A stretch of 64,000 nucleotides of DNA from Candidatus Babeliales bacterium (GTDB taxonomy: Bacteria > Babelota > Babeliae > Babelales > JANWKD01), in contig CAVRJO010000002.1 in assembly GCA_963722255.1 (NCBI GenBank), forward strand, positions 648,467-712,466, written 5' to 3'. Shown here one piece after another: positions 10,155-20,884 of this stretch. The notes beneath the pieces were generated by a model, which worked only from the letters and a program-made list of their open reading frames with translations, was not told where the DNA came from and ran no database searches. A program made the translations under genes and the position numbers. Every line of letters begins with the position of its first letter. The first letter of the stretch is position 1.

Positions 10155-10852
10155 TGACCAAAGTTCCTTTGCGTCGCAATATAACTCTGCACTGCAGTAT
10201 GCATATGTTCTTGGGTAATATCAGGCCACAAACAATCTAAAAAATAAAATTCACTATAGGCTGCTTGATATAAGAGGAAATTACTCAATCGCTTTACACC
10301 GCTTGTGCGAATAATGAGTTCAGGTTCTGGAATATCACCGGTCCACAAATACTGTTTAAAAAATTCATCATTAAGATCTTCAAGGAGAACTGCACCAACT
10401 TTTATCTGTTCATAAAGCTTTTTGATTCCGCCAATAATCTCTTGACGAGCTCCATAACAAAAAAGGAAATTAAGATTTAAATTAACGCAAGAAGAGGTTG
10501 CTTGCTCAAGCATACTCACCGTTGAAACAATTGAAGCAGGAAAAAGATCTCTATCACCAACAAAACGAACACGAACCCCATGCTCTAAAAAAAGAGCCAG
10601 CTTATTTTGAGCTTCATTAAGAAGAAGATTGAATAAATAGTTCACTTCTTCGGTAGATCGATTAAAATTTTCAAGGGAAAAAGTATATAATGAAACATAG
10701 AGTATCTTACTTTTCAGACAAAAATCTATCACATTTTTAAGCGCCTCTGCTCCCTTTTTATGCCCAAGAAATAGTTGCAAGCCTTGTTTTTTTGCCCAAC
10801 GACGATTCCCATCCATTATAAAAGCAATGTGCTGAATCATACCGCGCTCCAT
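10151..10852 (-). CDS. uppS: Undecaprenyl diphosphate synthase
   Basis: HIAFIMDGNRRWA, FSLENFNR, IRTSGVKRLSNFLLYQ. Confidence 0.96.
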   Translation of the reverse strand: MERGMIQHIAFIMDGNRRWAKKQGLQLFLGHKKGAEALKNVIDFCLKSKILYVSLYTFSLENFNRSTEEVNYLFNLLLNEAQNKLALFLEHGVRVRFVGDRDLFPASIVSTVSMLEQATSSCVNLNLNFLFCYGARQEIIGGIKKLYEQIKVGAVLLEDLNDEFFKQYLWTGDIPEPELIIRTSGVKRLSNFLLYQAAYSEFYFLDCLWPDITQEHMHTAVQSYIATQRNFGQ

Positions 10853-10863
10853 CCTTAATCAAG

Positions 10864-11565
10864 TTATATTTTTTTTGTAATGCCAACGACGCTCATTAAA
10901 GTTTCTTTATGAGCTTGCCACATCTGCATAACCCAGTTTGAACCATAAAATATAAGCGTCATTCCTGAGGCAAATAATAATCGCTCAACAATCACAATAG
11001 GCATAAGACCTAACCAATACTCTGCAGGCATTGGGGTATAATAAAGCATGACTACTGACCCAACACCGTGCGCCAGAAAAGTAGTGCCCAGAGCTTCAGT
11101 AAATGCCATTTGTACAGGTAAAAAGTGTATTACCACCGGAATCAACCAATACCAAGAATAGAAAAATGCCTCACGGCCCACCGGGTGTACTATAAAAAGC
11201 AGCATACAAAGCAATGGAAGGCACAACCTGATCAACTTATTAGAACTAAACCAATAACCAGATGCAATTACAATGGGTATGTGATATACTAAAGGATTGA
11301 AAAAGCCATTTCCAGAACTATATGCTAAAGTTAGGATCTTGGATTTACTAGAAAAGCTCCTTTTGAGCATCATAAGAATAGATGTACTAAGACCACCATA
11401 ATGACCTAATAACGGCCCTGTAATATTTATCGCAGAGAAAAATAATCGTTTTGAGCCTACAATAAAGCTAAATTTAATAAAGGAAGACAGCTCAAGAATC
11501 ACGTACGAAGCTACAGTTTTTATCAACAGTAACAGATAATTATGAACCATAAAAGATATCCCCAT
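10864..11565 (-). CDS. Polytopic membrane protein, function unknown
   Basis: About 6-7 hydrophobic helices; first gene of the run ending in uppS-gpsA. Confidence 0.7.
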   Translation of the reverse strand: MGISFMVHNYLLLLIKTVASYVILELSSFIKFSFIVGSKRLFFSAINITGPLLGHYGGLSTSILMMLKRSFSSKSKILTLAYSSGNGFFNPLVYHIPIVIASGYWFSSNKLIRLCLPLLCMLLFIVHPVGREAFFYSWYWLIPVVIHFLPVQMAFTEALGTTFLAHGVGSVVMLYYTPMPAEYWLGLMPIVIVERLLFASGMTLIFYGSNWVMQMWQAHKETLMSVVGITKKI

Positions 11566-11649
11566 GACAAAAATGAAAAACTACACCGCACCTTTATACT
11601 ATATCATCAATGAACATCCTGAACAACTAGCAAAGAAAGGAAAAATACA

Positions 11650-12321
11650 ATGAACTACAAAGCAATAATTTTCGATATGGATGGAACGATAATCGATACT
11701 GAACATATCTGGCTGCAGGCTACACAAGACCTTATAACATCACGAGGAGTTGATTACAAATCCGGTGACCAATGCCCTTTAACAAAACAGTTACGAGGAT
11801 TAGCATTATATGAAAGTTGCCAAATCATAAAAGATACTTTTGCGTTTAAAGATTCTGTGACCGACTTGGTCCAAGAAAAATCAAAGAATGCAATAAGTCT
11901 TTATCAGAAAAGCGTAAAATTTATAGATGGATTTCTTGATTTTCATCAACGAGTTATTCAAAAGAATTTAAAAAATGGGATCGCTACTAATGCCGATGAT
12001 GCAACGGTTGCCATAACAAATAAAAGCCTTAATTTGGAAAAATTATTTGGGCAACATATTTATGGTATCTCAAAAGTTAACAATCTTTGTAAACCTAATC
12101 CTGCTATTTATTTATATGCTGCTTGCCAATTAGGTATTGATCCTGAAGATTGTATCGCTATTGAAGATTCTGAACATGGTATACGAGCAGCAAAGAGCGC
12201 TGGCATGTTCTGCATTGGAATAAATTCAAGCAATAATCGCAACTACATAAAAGAATCAGATTACATCATCGACACGTATCAAGAATTGGATTTAGAAAAG
12301 ATTCTTACTAAAAAACATTAG
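11650..12321 (+). CDS. HAD-superfamily phosphatase (beta-PGM/CbbY-like)
   Basis: FDMDGT, KPNPAIY, IEDS..GIRAAKSAGM. Confidence 0.9.
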   Translation: MNYKAIIFDMDGTIIDTEHIWLQATQDLITSRGVDYKSGDQCPLTKQLRGLALYESCQIIKDTFAFKDSVTDLVQEKSKNAISLYQKSVKFIDGFLDFHQRVIQKNLKNGIATNADDATVAITNKSLNLEKLFGQHIYGISKVNNLCKPNPAIYLYAACQLGIDPEDCIAIEDSEHGIRAAKSAGMFCIGINSSNNRNYIKESDYIIDTYQELDLEKILTKKH

Positions 12322-12358
12322 TAACAACCACTATAAACTATTCTTATAGAACTATTTT

Positions 12359-12748
12359 TTATAGTTTAAAACTTATATACAAAAGAAGTATATTGAGTAG
12401 ATACATCGTTGTACACAAGAGACAAAATGTTCTAAGTTTATAATAAAGAATATAAGCATAGATACATGAGCCAATAAATCCAACGCAAGAAAAAAGCATA
12501 AGTACTAATTTTGCATCAAGAAGTGCAGCAAGTGCAATTAAAGCATAAAAGCCCATCGCTAATGCTGCATTAGAAAAATAAAAAAGCGAAGCATACTTAC
12601 TTTTCATGGGCTTCGTACACGAAACCATATCAGAAAGATCACACACAGGTTTATAAGAAGGGTTTATTTTAATTTTTTGTTCTAATCTATAGGTATATGC
12701 AGCAATTGAAAACCCAATAAGTGCGATCAGAAATATAGAAATTATCAT
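12359..12748 (-). CDS. Vitamin K epoxide reductase (VKOR) family protein
   Basis: CD.SDMVSC loop Cys pair, transmembrane helices, CLLC active-site CXXC. Confidence 0.88.
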   Translation of the reverse strand: MIISIFLIALIGFSIAAYTYRLEQKIKINPSYKPVCDLSDMVSCTKPMKSKYASLFYFSNAALAMGFYALIALAALLDAKLVLMLFSCVGFIGSCIYAYILYYKLRTFCLLCTTMYLLNILLLYISFKL

Positions 12749-12910
12749 ATACTCCTCTTTTTTTTATACGAATGCATAACTTCTAGAATGCATCTTCATG
12801 CATCCAAATACAAGATTTTTACTATATCTGCGTAAAATCTTTAATTTATATCTCATATCATTGTATTCTAGCAAAGGGACAATTTTTATAGGTAGAGGGG
12901 TATTATCACC

Positions 12911-13573
12911 ATGAATACTAATGTGAAAAATTCTGAACGAACACAAGACGAAAAAAAAATTTTTGTTTTTGATCTGCATGATGTTCTTTTTAAGAGAAGC
13001 TATTGGGATACATTTAAACTTTGTTATGCCATTAAAAATAAATTTCAATTATTTCGGATTTTATGCAATCCATTGTATCTCTACGATGCTTTTAAATTAC
13101 TCTCTATAACGCGCGTAAGCGAAGCTTATCTTGTAAAATTGGCTGAAAAACATCCCAAGTTTAATCCATTTGTTGAAACAATTATTGATATCACTAATGC
13201 AATAAAACCAATTCCTCATATGTTTGAATTGGTTACAATGCTTAAGAAAAATGGATCCAAAGTATATATTTTTTCAAATATTGGAAAAAAAACATTTGAA
13301 AAACTTAATGATTCCTATAATGATCTCTTTGAGCAGTTTGATGGTATACATTACGTCGAATCAACCAACGATTGGCTTGCAAAACCACAGGTGAATGCCT
13401 ATAGATTATTTTTACGTAAATTTAATATTAACCCTGAATCTATGATTTTTGTTGATGATAAAAATAAAAATGTAAAAGCGGCACATGCTTTAGGCATTAC
13501 CGCTTTCATATATAAATCAACCTATCAATTAGTAGATGATATCCAAAAACTAGATATTACTTTTGGAATATGA
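12911..13573 (+). CDS. HAD-superfamily hydrolase
   Basis: FDLHDV, FSN, AKP, FVDDKNKNVKAA. Confidence 0.85.
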   Translation: MNTNVKNSERTQDEKKIFVFDLHDVLFKRSYWDTFKLCYAIKNKFQLFRILCNPLYLYDAFKLLSITRVSEAYLVKLAEKHPKFNPFVETIIDITNAIKPIPHMFELVTMLKKNGSKVYIFSNIGKKTFEKLNDSYNDLFEQFDGIHYVESTNDWLAKPQVNAYRLFLRKFNINPESMIFVDDKNKNVKAAHALGITAFIYKSTYQLVDDIQKLDITFGI

Positions 13574-13590
13574 TTGAAAAAAGCTCACCA

Positions 13591-14259
13591 TTAGCCACAA
13601 ACTTCGCAATGCTCCTTTAGCAACTTCAATGCTTCATCAATATCGTTGGTAATTTGAATTAAATCCAAATCTGCTTGAAGAATTAAACCTTGCTTAAGAG
13701 CAAAATCGCGAAGCCATTGCATATAAGGAGCCCAATAATTTTTTCCAATTAATACAATTGGAACACCTGCAAGTTTTTTTGTCTGCATCAAGGTCACTAC
13801 TTCACCAAACTCATCAAGAGTCCCAAAACCACCAGGAAAAAATGCGAATGCAACGGCATATTCAACCATTAACCACTTACGAACAAAAAAATAATCAACA
13901 ATTATTCTTTCTTGGGCACATGTATTAAATGGTTCTTTTTCTAAATCTTTAACGGTAATTCCTATTGACCGTGCAGAAGTTTTTTCAGTTTCTGCATGCG
14001 TTGCCCCGCAATTTGCAGCCTCCATTACACCGCCTCCACCGCCGGTAATTACTGAAATATCATGCTCAATAAGCAAAGAAGCTAAATCATGTGCAGTGCC
14101 AGCATAATGGCTTGTCATTTTTAATTTTGAACCCCCAAATATAGAAACAACGGGACCGGGTAAATTATTAATTTTCCAAATCCCTTTCATTAGTTGAAAC
14201 ATCGATTTTATTATACTTATATAAACAGACCAATAAAATGATAATTTTTTTTTAGACAT
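13591..14259 (-). CDS. LOG family Rossmann-fold protein
   Basis: ITGGGGGVMEAAN, YFFVRK, PGGFGTLDE. Confidence 0.92.
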   Translation of the reverse strand: MSKKKLSFYWSVYISIIKSMFQLMKGIWKINNLPGPVVSIFGGSKLKMTSHYAGTAHDLASLLIEHDISVITGGGGGVMEAANCGATHAETEKTSARSIGITVKDLEKEPFNTCAQERIIVDYFFVRKWLMVEYAVAFAFFPGGFGTLDEFGEVVTLMQTKKLAGVPIVLIGKNYWAPYMQWLRDFALKQGLILQADLDLIQITNDIDEALKLLKEHCEVCG

Positions 14260-14411
14260 AGCTATTTTCCTTACTACTTTTAATGATGCTTTTCGTTTCT
14301 TTTATGACAAAAAACGTACGCAAATGTAAAGAAAAATAGACTCAATTAAAATCACGTGTTATAAAAAATAACATACATAAGTAAAGAACAATCCCAATAA
14401 ATGTATGAGTA

Positions 14412-15263
14412 ATGAATTCTAAACAAATAATTTTCTTTATCCTTTTGTTTTGCTTCAATAGTATCAAAGCCCAGCGTGGTTCAGCGTTGCCGTATACAAG
14501 TGGTCCTGGACCTCTTTTTAGCTTTGGGCTGAACATTCAACCTAAAAAAAGTTTTGTTTATAGACAAATCTATGCACTCGATGAAAGAAATTTAGAGTCA
14601 AGATTGATCATGCATAACCATCTTTATTATGGCCTTTCTGATCATTTTACTTTCATTATAAAGCAACCTGTAATACTTAAACGAAGAACAAGCGGAAAGC
14701 ATTCTCGAGGCTTAGGAGATTCAAGGTTTGAGATCGAATCAATTCCCTATGTATATCAAATTGATGACGAATTCCGGTTTAGAATCACAACGGTTACCGG
14801 AGTCATTCCACCTACAACTACATCAAAAGCAGTTACACAACTAACGTTGCATTCAAATAGTTATTTTCTAGGGGTGACTCAAAGTAATACAACACCAAGA
14901 ATTTTTCAATATGGTGGAATAGGTATCTTTATTCCGACCACAAAAAATAAAATGTATTATGGCTGTAGATTATATTATGAACTTGGTTTTGCTCATGCAA
15001 TCATAAACAATGACACCTTATTTTTTGGCGTTGATTTTGAAATGAGCGGTGAATATCAACAATCGCGCCAAATAAATGGAATACCAGATTTCACAACGGG
15101 TAGTAATATGATTTTCTTTGGGCCCACAGCACGTATATCAACCGAACACTTCATTGGGCAACTTGGTATGCAATACCCATGGATTCGCCACGTAAAAGTT
15201 GTTAATCCAAATAAAACTAACTATAGACTTTCAGTTGCCGGAGCATTTCATTATCAATTTTAA
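14412..15263 (+). CDS. Putative outer-membrane beta-barrel/transporter
   Basis: Signal peptide, GLGD, amphipathic strands, C-terminal YQF; paralog of 16558-17406. Confidence 0.7.
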   Translation: MNSKQIIFFILLFCFNSIKAQRGSALPYTSGPGPLFSFGLNIQPKKSFVYRQIYALDERNLESRLIMHNHLYYGLSDHFTFIIKQPVILKRRTSGKHSRGLGDSRFEIESIPYVYQIDDEFRFRITTVTGVIPPTTTSKAVTQLTLHSNSYFLGVTQSNTTPRIFQYGGIGIFIPTTKNKMYYGCRLYYELGFAHAIINNDTLFFGVDFEMSGEYQQSRQINGIPDFTTGSNMIFFGPTARISTEHFIGQLGMQYPWIRHVKVVNPNKTNYRLSVAGAFHYQF

Positions 15264-15361
15264 GGCCTTTCAAAAAAAGATTTTAATTGAAAAATCATCC
15301 ATTCTTTTTTTAGACTAATGCTATTAAAAAAAGTTTAGTATGAAAGAAAGGAATTAGCTCA

Positions 15362-16525
15362 ATGAAAACAAAAATGGCTTTGGTACAATTTTGTATACTC
15401 TTAATAACATCAACTGCAACGACCTGTATAACACAAGATGTTGATTGGGCGATTATTGGAGCTGGCCCTGCCGGCATAAGTGTTGTTGCATTACTTTTAG
15501 AACTTGGTGTTTCTGGAGAGAATATTGCTTGGATCGATCCTAAATTTAATGTAGGAAGATTGGGCGAATCTTATGGTAATGTGCCAGCCAATACACAAAC
15601 AAAATACTTTATTGAATTTATTACTTCATGTAAAACTTTCCAAGAATCTCATTCACCCTACATTGAAAAATTATATTCCTACAATCCTGATCTTGAATAT
15701 TCCTTACAAATCATCGTTGATCCACTGCGCGATATTACACACCATATACAAAAACGAGTAGTAACAATCCAAGATAGTTTACAATCATTAGATTTTAATA
15801 ATGATCTATGGCACATAGGAACTTCTCAAAAAGAAGTCACAACCTACAATGTTGTATTAGCAACAGGATCGCATCCACGAACATTAAACTATTCAACAGA
15901 TGCCCTACAAATTCCTCTTGATCTGGCTCTTGATAAAACATTGCTTGCAGAAAACATAACTGCACATGATTCAGTTGCCGTTGTAGGAAGCGCTCATTCA
16001 GCTATTTTAATTTTAAAATATTTGACTGAATTACCTATAAAAAGAATCATAAATTTTTACAGCAGACCATTGCAATATGCAGTACCAAATCCAAGCGGTT
16101 TAATTAATGAAGAAAATGGACTTAAAGGAGTCGCTGCTCGATGGGCATTAGAAATACTTGAGAAAAATCCTCCTGCTAATCTTATACGCATTCATAATAA
16201 ACCAGAAGCATTAGATGCATGGCTTCCTATATGTAACAAGATAGTTTATGCCGTGGGCTATGAGCGCAATGATCTTCCTGCAATTAATGGTGTCGAAAAA
16301 CCATATAGCAATTACGATTCATCATCGGGAATCATTGCTCCTCGACTTTTTGGCATCGGTATTGCATTTCCTGAAAGGATTCCTGATTTTGAGGGCACAG
16401 AACAATATGGTATCGGATTGAACAACTTCATAGAATATGCACAACGAGTGCTTCCCGCTTGGATGAAGAAAAAGTATATACAGCTCATGAAGTTTGCTGA
16501 TTTATTTAGCATAACTTCGTTATAG
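15362..16525 (+). CDS. FAD/NAD(P)-dependent oxidoreductase with signal peptide
   Basis: IIGAGPAG, LATGS, VVGSAHSA, YAVGY, GIGIAFP. Confidence 0.85.
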   Translation: MKTKMALVQFCILLITSTATTCITQDVDWAIIGAGPAGISVVALLLELGVSGENIAWIDPKFNVGRLGESYGNVPANTQTKYFIEFITSCKTFQESHSPYIEKLYSYNPDLEYSLQIIVDPLRDITHHIQKRVVTIQDSLQSLDFNNDLWHIGTSQKEVTTYNVVLATGSHPRTLNYSTDALQIPLDLALDKTLLAENITAHDSVAVVGSAHSAILILKYLTELPIKRIINFYSRPLQYAVPNPSGLINEENGLKGVAARWALEILEKNPPANLIRIHNKPEALDAWLPICNKIVYAVGYERNDLPAINGVEKPYSNYDSSSGIIAPRLFGIGIAFPERIPDFEGTEQYGIGLNNFIEYAQRVLPAWMKKKYIQLMKFADLFSITSL

Positions 16526-16557
16526 CAACTCTTGGATTTTTTTCAATTATATGAAGC

Positions 16558-17406
16558 TCAAAATTTATATGCACCAAAAATACCTGCTATATAGTTAATA
16601 TTGTCTTTATTAACTCTTGCATGGTGTGATACTACATATTGAATACCCCCTTGAATAAGAAAATTTTTGCGAAAAAATCTAAAGCTCGGTCCAACAAGAA
16701 GAAAATTTTCTCCTGTGGTTAAATCAGGGATACCATTAATTTTATCTGGACGAGAATAATAATCACTGCATTCAACTAAAATGGTAAAAATATTGTCGCC
16801 CTTGCAAAATATTGCACCGCCTCCTATATCAAAAGATAAAATAGTACCAAATTGAATCTGATGGTGTTTGAGATTAATAAGTGCTCCAAAATTAGAATAA
16901 CAATACAAACTTCGTATCATTGCATCTTGTGTTATACCTAAAAAAAAGCTTGTAGTGGGAAAATTGAAGAATATATTTTCAGTTACGGTTGTGGTTGGAA
17001 ACTGGATTCCACTGCTACCAATAATTCTATAACGATAGTCATCGGTTTCATTTTTATAAAATTTATAATTAGCTTGTATATTAAGATCACCTAACCCTGT
17101 TTTTTTCCCGGGCACTTCTGGTTTTTGGCTCACAATTGGTAAGATAGCCAAAAGTGTTATTTCATTTGTTAAACCATAATATGCTTCTGTATATGCAATA
17201 AATGCAGAATGAGGTTTTTGTTTAATAAAAAGTATTTCCTCAGCTAAAACGAAAGCCTTTTTTGGTAATACCGAATAATCAAAGCTAAAAAAAGGGCTTA
17301 TGCCTTCCGGTGGAAGTTGATCACATCCGGATTGGATAAAACTCTGGAGAATAAAGAAACTAAGAAAAATAATAGATCTAACAATGGTATGTAAATTTTT
17401 GTTCAT
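16558..17406 (-). CDS. Putative outer-membrane beta-barrel/transporter
   Basis: YYGLT, GLGD, FPTT, FFLGITQ, INGIPDLTTG shared with the 14412 gene; ends AYKF. Confidence 0.7.
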   Translation of the reverse strand: MNKNLHTIVRSIIFLSFFILQSFIQSGCDQLPPEGISPFFSFDYSVLPKKAFVLAEEILFIKQKPHSAFIAYTEAYYGLTNEITLLAILPIVSQKPEVPGKKTGLGDLNIQANYKFYKNETDDYRYRIIGSSGIQFPTTTVTENIFFNFPTTSFFLGITQDAMIRSLYCYSNFGALINLKHHQIQFGTILSFDIGGGAIFCKGDNIFTILVECSDYYSRPDKINGIPDLTTGENFLLVGPSFRFFRKNFLIQGGIQYVVSHHARVNKDNINYIAGIFGAYKF

Positions 17407-17587
17407 CTGTTTTACTTTGGATATGATTTTTTTGAATTTTTAAAAATCATTTTTACCATAACATAAAAATGAAGAATTAAAAGCAGATTAGAAGAATTAT
17501 TCCTTGCGTGCGGGCCTTTTGCGCACTGTAGCCATTTTTTCAAGAATACCTGAACAGCATAGTAGTTTTCTATTTGGTTTTGCAGCA

Positions 17588-17707
17588 TCAGCCTATTTTT
17601 AACCTCACCTGAGCTTGATCAAATTCTGAAGTACCATAATGCAATTGTGTAAAAAGCTCTTCGAGTTTTTTAAGAAATTTATCTAATTTGATTTTTTTAA
17701 AAATCAT
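17588..17707 (-). CDS. 39-aa micro-ORF homologous to the ABC-F C-terminal helix
   Basis: MIFKKIKLDKFLKKLEELFTQLHYGTSEFDQAQVRLKIG*; matches IKKLEERFTQLQYGTLEFNQAQAK of 26228-28075. Confidence 0.55.
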   Translation of the reverse strand: MIFKKIKLDKFLKKLEELFTQLHYGTSEFDQAQVRLKIG

Positions 17708-17760
17708 ACTATGTTTATATTTGTATTATAGGCTAAACTAATAACTTTGAAATCAAAATA

Positions 17761-19260
17761 ATGAAAAATACAATAATAATCCTACTTGCAGTTTCACTTA
17801 ACATTTCAACATATGCAATGGAAAGACAATCAAATCCTCCCAAAAGAAACAAGGATGAAACAAAACCTCCTTCATTCGCGCATCTAAGCCCCAAAAGCCT
17901 TGTTGATACCTGCCTAAAAACTTATTCTGATGCAATTAAACAATGCATTGATCCCAAAGCACCTTTTGAAAATATAGAGGTGATTAAACAAGCGATTGCA
18001 GTAATTCAAATTCTTAATAATGATAGCCTCACAGAGAAGTTATTAAATCATCTTCATGAAAATACTCAACCCATTTGGAGAAAATACATAAGATTACACA
18101 GTAATATACTATCATTTGTCGTCGCCGATGATCCTGTAACATTACCATTTTTAGAACAAACTACCGTAAGTTGGCTAGAATGCGAACAAAATGATTTTTT
18201 TCATTATTCAAATATATCAAAACCTAAATTAACCCATTCTTATGAATTACCTGAGGGTTACGATGACAACAGGGGCTTAATCATTACTCCTGATCAACGA
18301 TATACTGCGATTGCTCACCTTAATGAACTTTTTTTATTTGATATGATCAATGAAAATCAAACTATTTACTATGCACCTAAACCAATAGAATCATTGGCAT
18401 TTTCGCCTGATGGTACCGGTTTTCTTGGCCTTCGCGATGGATCATGCTCTTTTGTAAAAAAAGATACTAATGACATGTATGTAATTGAAAATCTAAATCA
18501 TTTTTTTTCAGAACCAATTCGTGCACTAGAACTCAGTTCAGATGGTTCTGTTCTTGTGCTATCAGATGGAAAATCCATAGCAATTTGTTATCAAAAAGAC
18601 AGTTATGCAGTCAAACACACTCTTACATTTCCTCACTTATTAGAATATACGCAAGGAGCTCAAGGCTGCTCAATAAAGGGCCTTAAGTTATCGCCAGATT
18701 CTTCCCTATTAGCCATTAACCTTAAGCAAACAAATAGATCGCTCATTTATGATTTCGTTCATAACAGTTCAATAATTTTATCACAACCGGTCATCAAAAT
18801 TGATCATGCCAATAGATGCATATGCACACGATTTGCTATTTATCAAGGAGATAACGAAGATGACGAAGATGATAAGTATCAATCATGCCTTTTAGATTAT
18901 GTTGTACCCAATTGTTCTGACAAAAGTTATTTAAGTTCATCTTATGTTTTGCCAAAAGATAGTATGTGCTTAGTTTCGTATCAAAAGAGTGCAACAGTAA
19001 ATCCATTATCAATTGTAATACAAAAAAGAGGTAATGCAGAACCTTATCTTCTCTTACAAAAAAGAGTAAATCTTAAAAAACTCTTATATCTTATTGCACT
19101 TAACAAAGCGTCCAAAGAAGAACTACAAGCACTAAAAGAAATGCAAACAGCAAACCAAAGTCCTTTTTTAAAATTATTTAAAAAGCCTCAATGTGATAAT
19201 GTCGTAAAGCAATATATTAATCATCGATTGAAACAATTTGAGCAAAAAGGTTCAGAGTAA
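17761..19260 (+). CDS. Secreted WD40-like beta-propeller protein
   Basis: Signal peptide; ITPDQRY, LAFSPDG, LSSDGS, LSPDSS blade motifs. Confidence 0.75.
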   Translation: MKNTIIILLAVSLNISTYAMERQSNPPKRNKDETKPPSFAHLSPKSLVDTCLKTYSDAIKQCIDPKAPFENIEVIKQAIAVIQILNNDSLTEKLLNHLHENTQPIWRKYIRLHSNILSFVVADDPVTLPFLEQTTVSWLECEQNDFFHYSNISKPKLTHSYELPEGYDDNRGLIITPDQRYTAIAHLNELFLFDMINENQTIYYAPKPIESLAFSPDGTGFLGLRDGSCSFVKKDTNDMYVIENLNHFFSEPIRALELSSDGSVLVLSDGKSIAICYQKDSYAVKHTLTFPHLLEYTQGAQGCSIKGLKLSPDSSLLAINLKQTNRSLIYDFVHNSSIILSQPVIKIDHANRCICTRFAIYQGDNEDDEDDKYQSCLLDYVVPNCSDKSYLSSSYVLPKDSMCLVSYQKSATVNPLSIVIQKRGNAEPYLLLQKRVNLKKLLYLIALNKASKEELQALKEMQTANQSPFLKLFKKPQCDNVVKQYINHRLKQFEQKGSE

Positions 19261-19277
19261 TCATAAATAGTATTACC

Positions 19278-19436
19278 TCAAAAAGGCAATAGAATATTCA
19301 TTTTAGGCTTGTTGGAGTTTTCGTATAAACTCTTAGTTTGCGCTTGATCAAATTCTGACGTTCCATACTGCACTTGCGTAAAACGCTCTTCAAGTTTTTT
19401 TATTAGACTCTCAAATTTGATTTTTTTAAAAATCAT
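19278..19436 (-). CDS. 52-aa micro-ORF homologous to the ABC-F C-terminal helix
   Basis: MIFKKIKFESLIKKLEERFTQVQYGTSEFDQAQTKSLYENSNKPKMNILLPF*. Confidence 0.55.
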   Translation of the reverse strand: MIFKKIKFESLIKKLEERFTQVQYGTSEFDQAQTKSLYENSNKPKMNILLPF

Positions 19437-20884
19437 ACTATGTTTATATTTGTATTATCAACTAATCTAAAAATTTTAAAATCAAAACAATGAAAAAAAC
19501 AATAATAATTCTACTTGCAGTTTTGCTTAACATTTCAACATATGCAATGGAACAATCAGATCATCCCAAAAAAAGCAAGGTTGAGAAAGACCCTGCAATG
19601 CCAATACAAAATCCCAAAAGCCTTGTTGATATCTGCCTAAGAACCTATTCAGGAGCAATCAAGCAAAGCATTGATCCCAAAACACCATTCAAAAATGCAG
19701 ATGCAATTAAACAAAAAATTATTGCTGTAAAAAATCTTAACAACGATGCTCTCATGCAAAAACTTTCAACTTATCTTCACGAGAATACGCAACCAATCTG
19801 GCGAAGCATTATGCAATTAGGAACTGATGGTGATGAAGATATGGGTTCCTTATCAGAACAAATGGTATTTAGCAATAATACTATTGCATGGGGCTATAAT
19901 GGCTCTATTACCTATCTAAACATAAAAAATTCAAGATTAACACATTCTTATAAACTTCCTGATGAATTCGAAGCTTGCCAATGTATAGGCTTGACTCCTA
20001 ATGAACGATATATTACTACAACAAATAAGTGTAATCTTTTTTTATATGACACGCAAACCGGCTCTCATAGTGTCTATAGTGCCCCAAACTTCATAACTGC
20101 TTTCACATTTTCATCTGATGGGATCGCATTTCTTGGTCTTTATGATGGCTCATGCTGTTGTGTAAAAAAAGACAAAGCCAATAAACTTACGTTAGTAGAT
20201 CAAATTTCCTATTTTTCTCAACCAATTCGCATTGTTAAATTTGGTCCAGACGGCTCAACATTATTTATATCCGATGGCAAAACTATAGCCTTAAGTCACA
20301 AAACTGACAATTATAAAATTATAACTCCTCTAAAAATACCAAAATTAAAAGGCCATATTGAGGGTAGTTCAATTAAAAATATTGTTATTGCCCCAGATTC
20401 ATCATTTTTAGTTATTAATTTTTATAAATTCTCCTCATCACTTGTATATAATTTTACTCATAAGCGTTCTATGAAATTACCTGAGCGCATTATTACAATC
20501 GACCATATCAACAGATGCATTAGCGCGAATTTTACTTACAAAGATGGCGATGAAAATGATGATGGTGGGCGAGCATGTCAATTAGATTATGATATGCCCA
20601 CTAATTGGGTTAAAAGCGGAGACTATTCAAATTCAACGTATCTTTTACCAAAAGACTGTGTATGTTCAGTAGTATACCAAAATAATAGAACAGGAAGTCC
20701 AAAATCGGCAGTAATAAGACAAAAAGACGATGAACCTGCCCATTTGCTGGTACAAAAAAATGTTAATCTTAAAGAACTTATATATCTTATTGCACTAGAT
20801 GAAGCATCATATGAAGAGCTTCAAGCATTAAAAAAATTACAACAAACAAAAAAAGGCTCTCAAGAAAAACGACCTATTTTAAAG

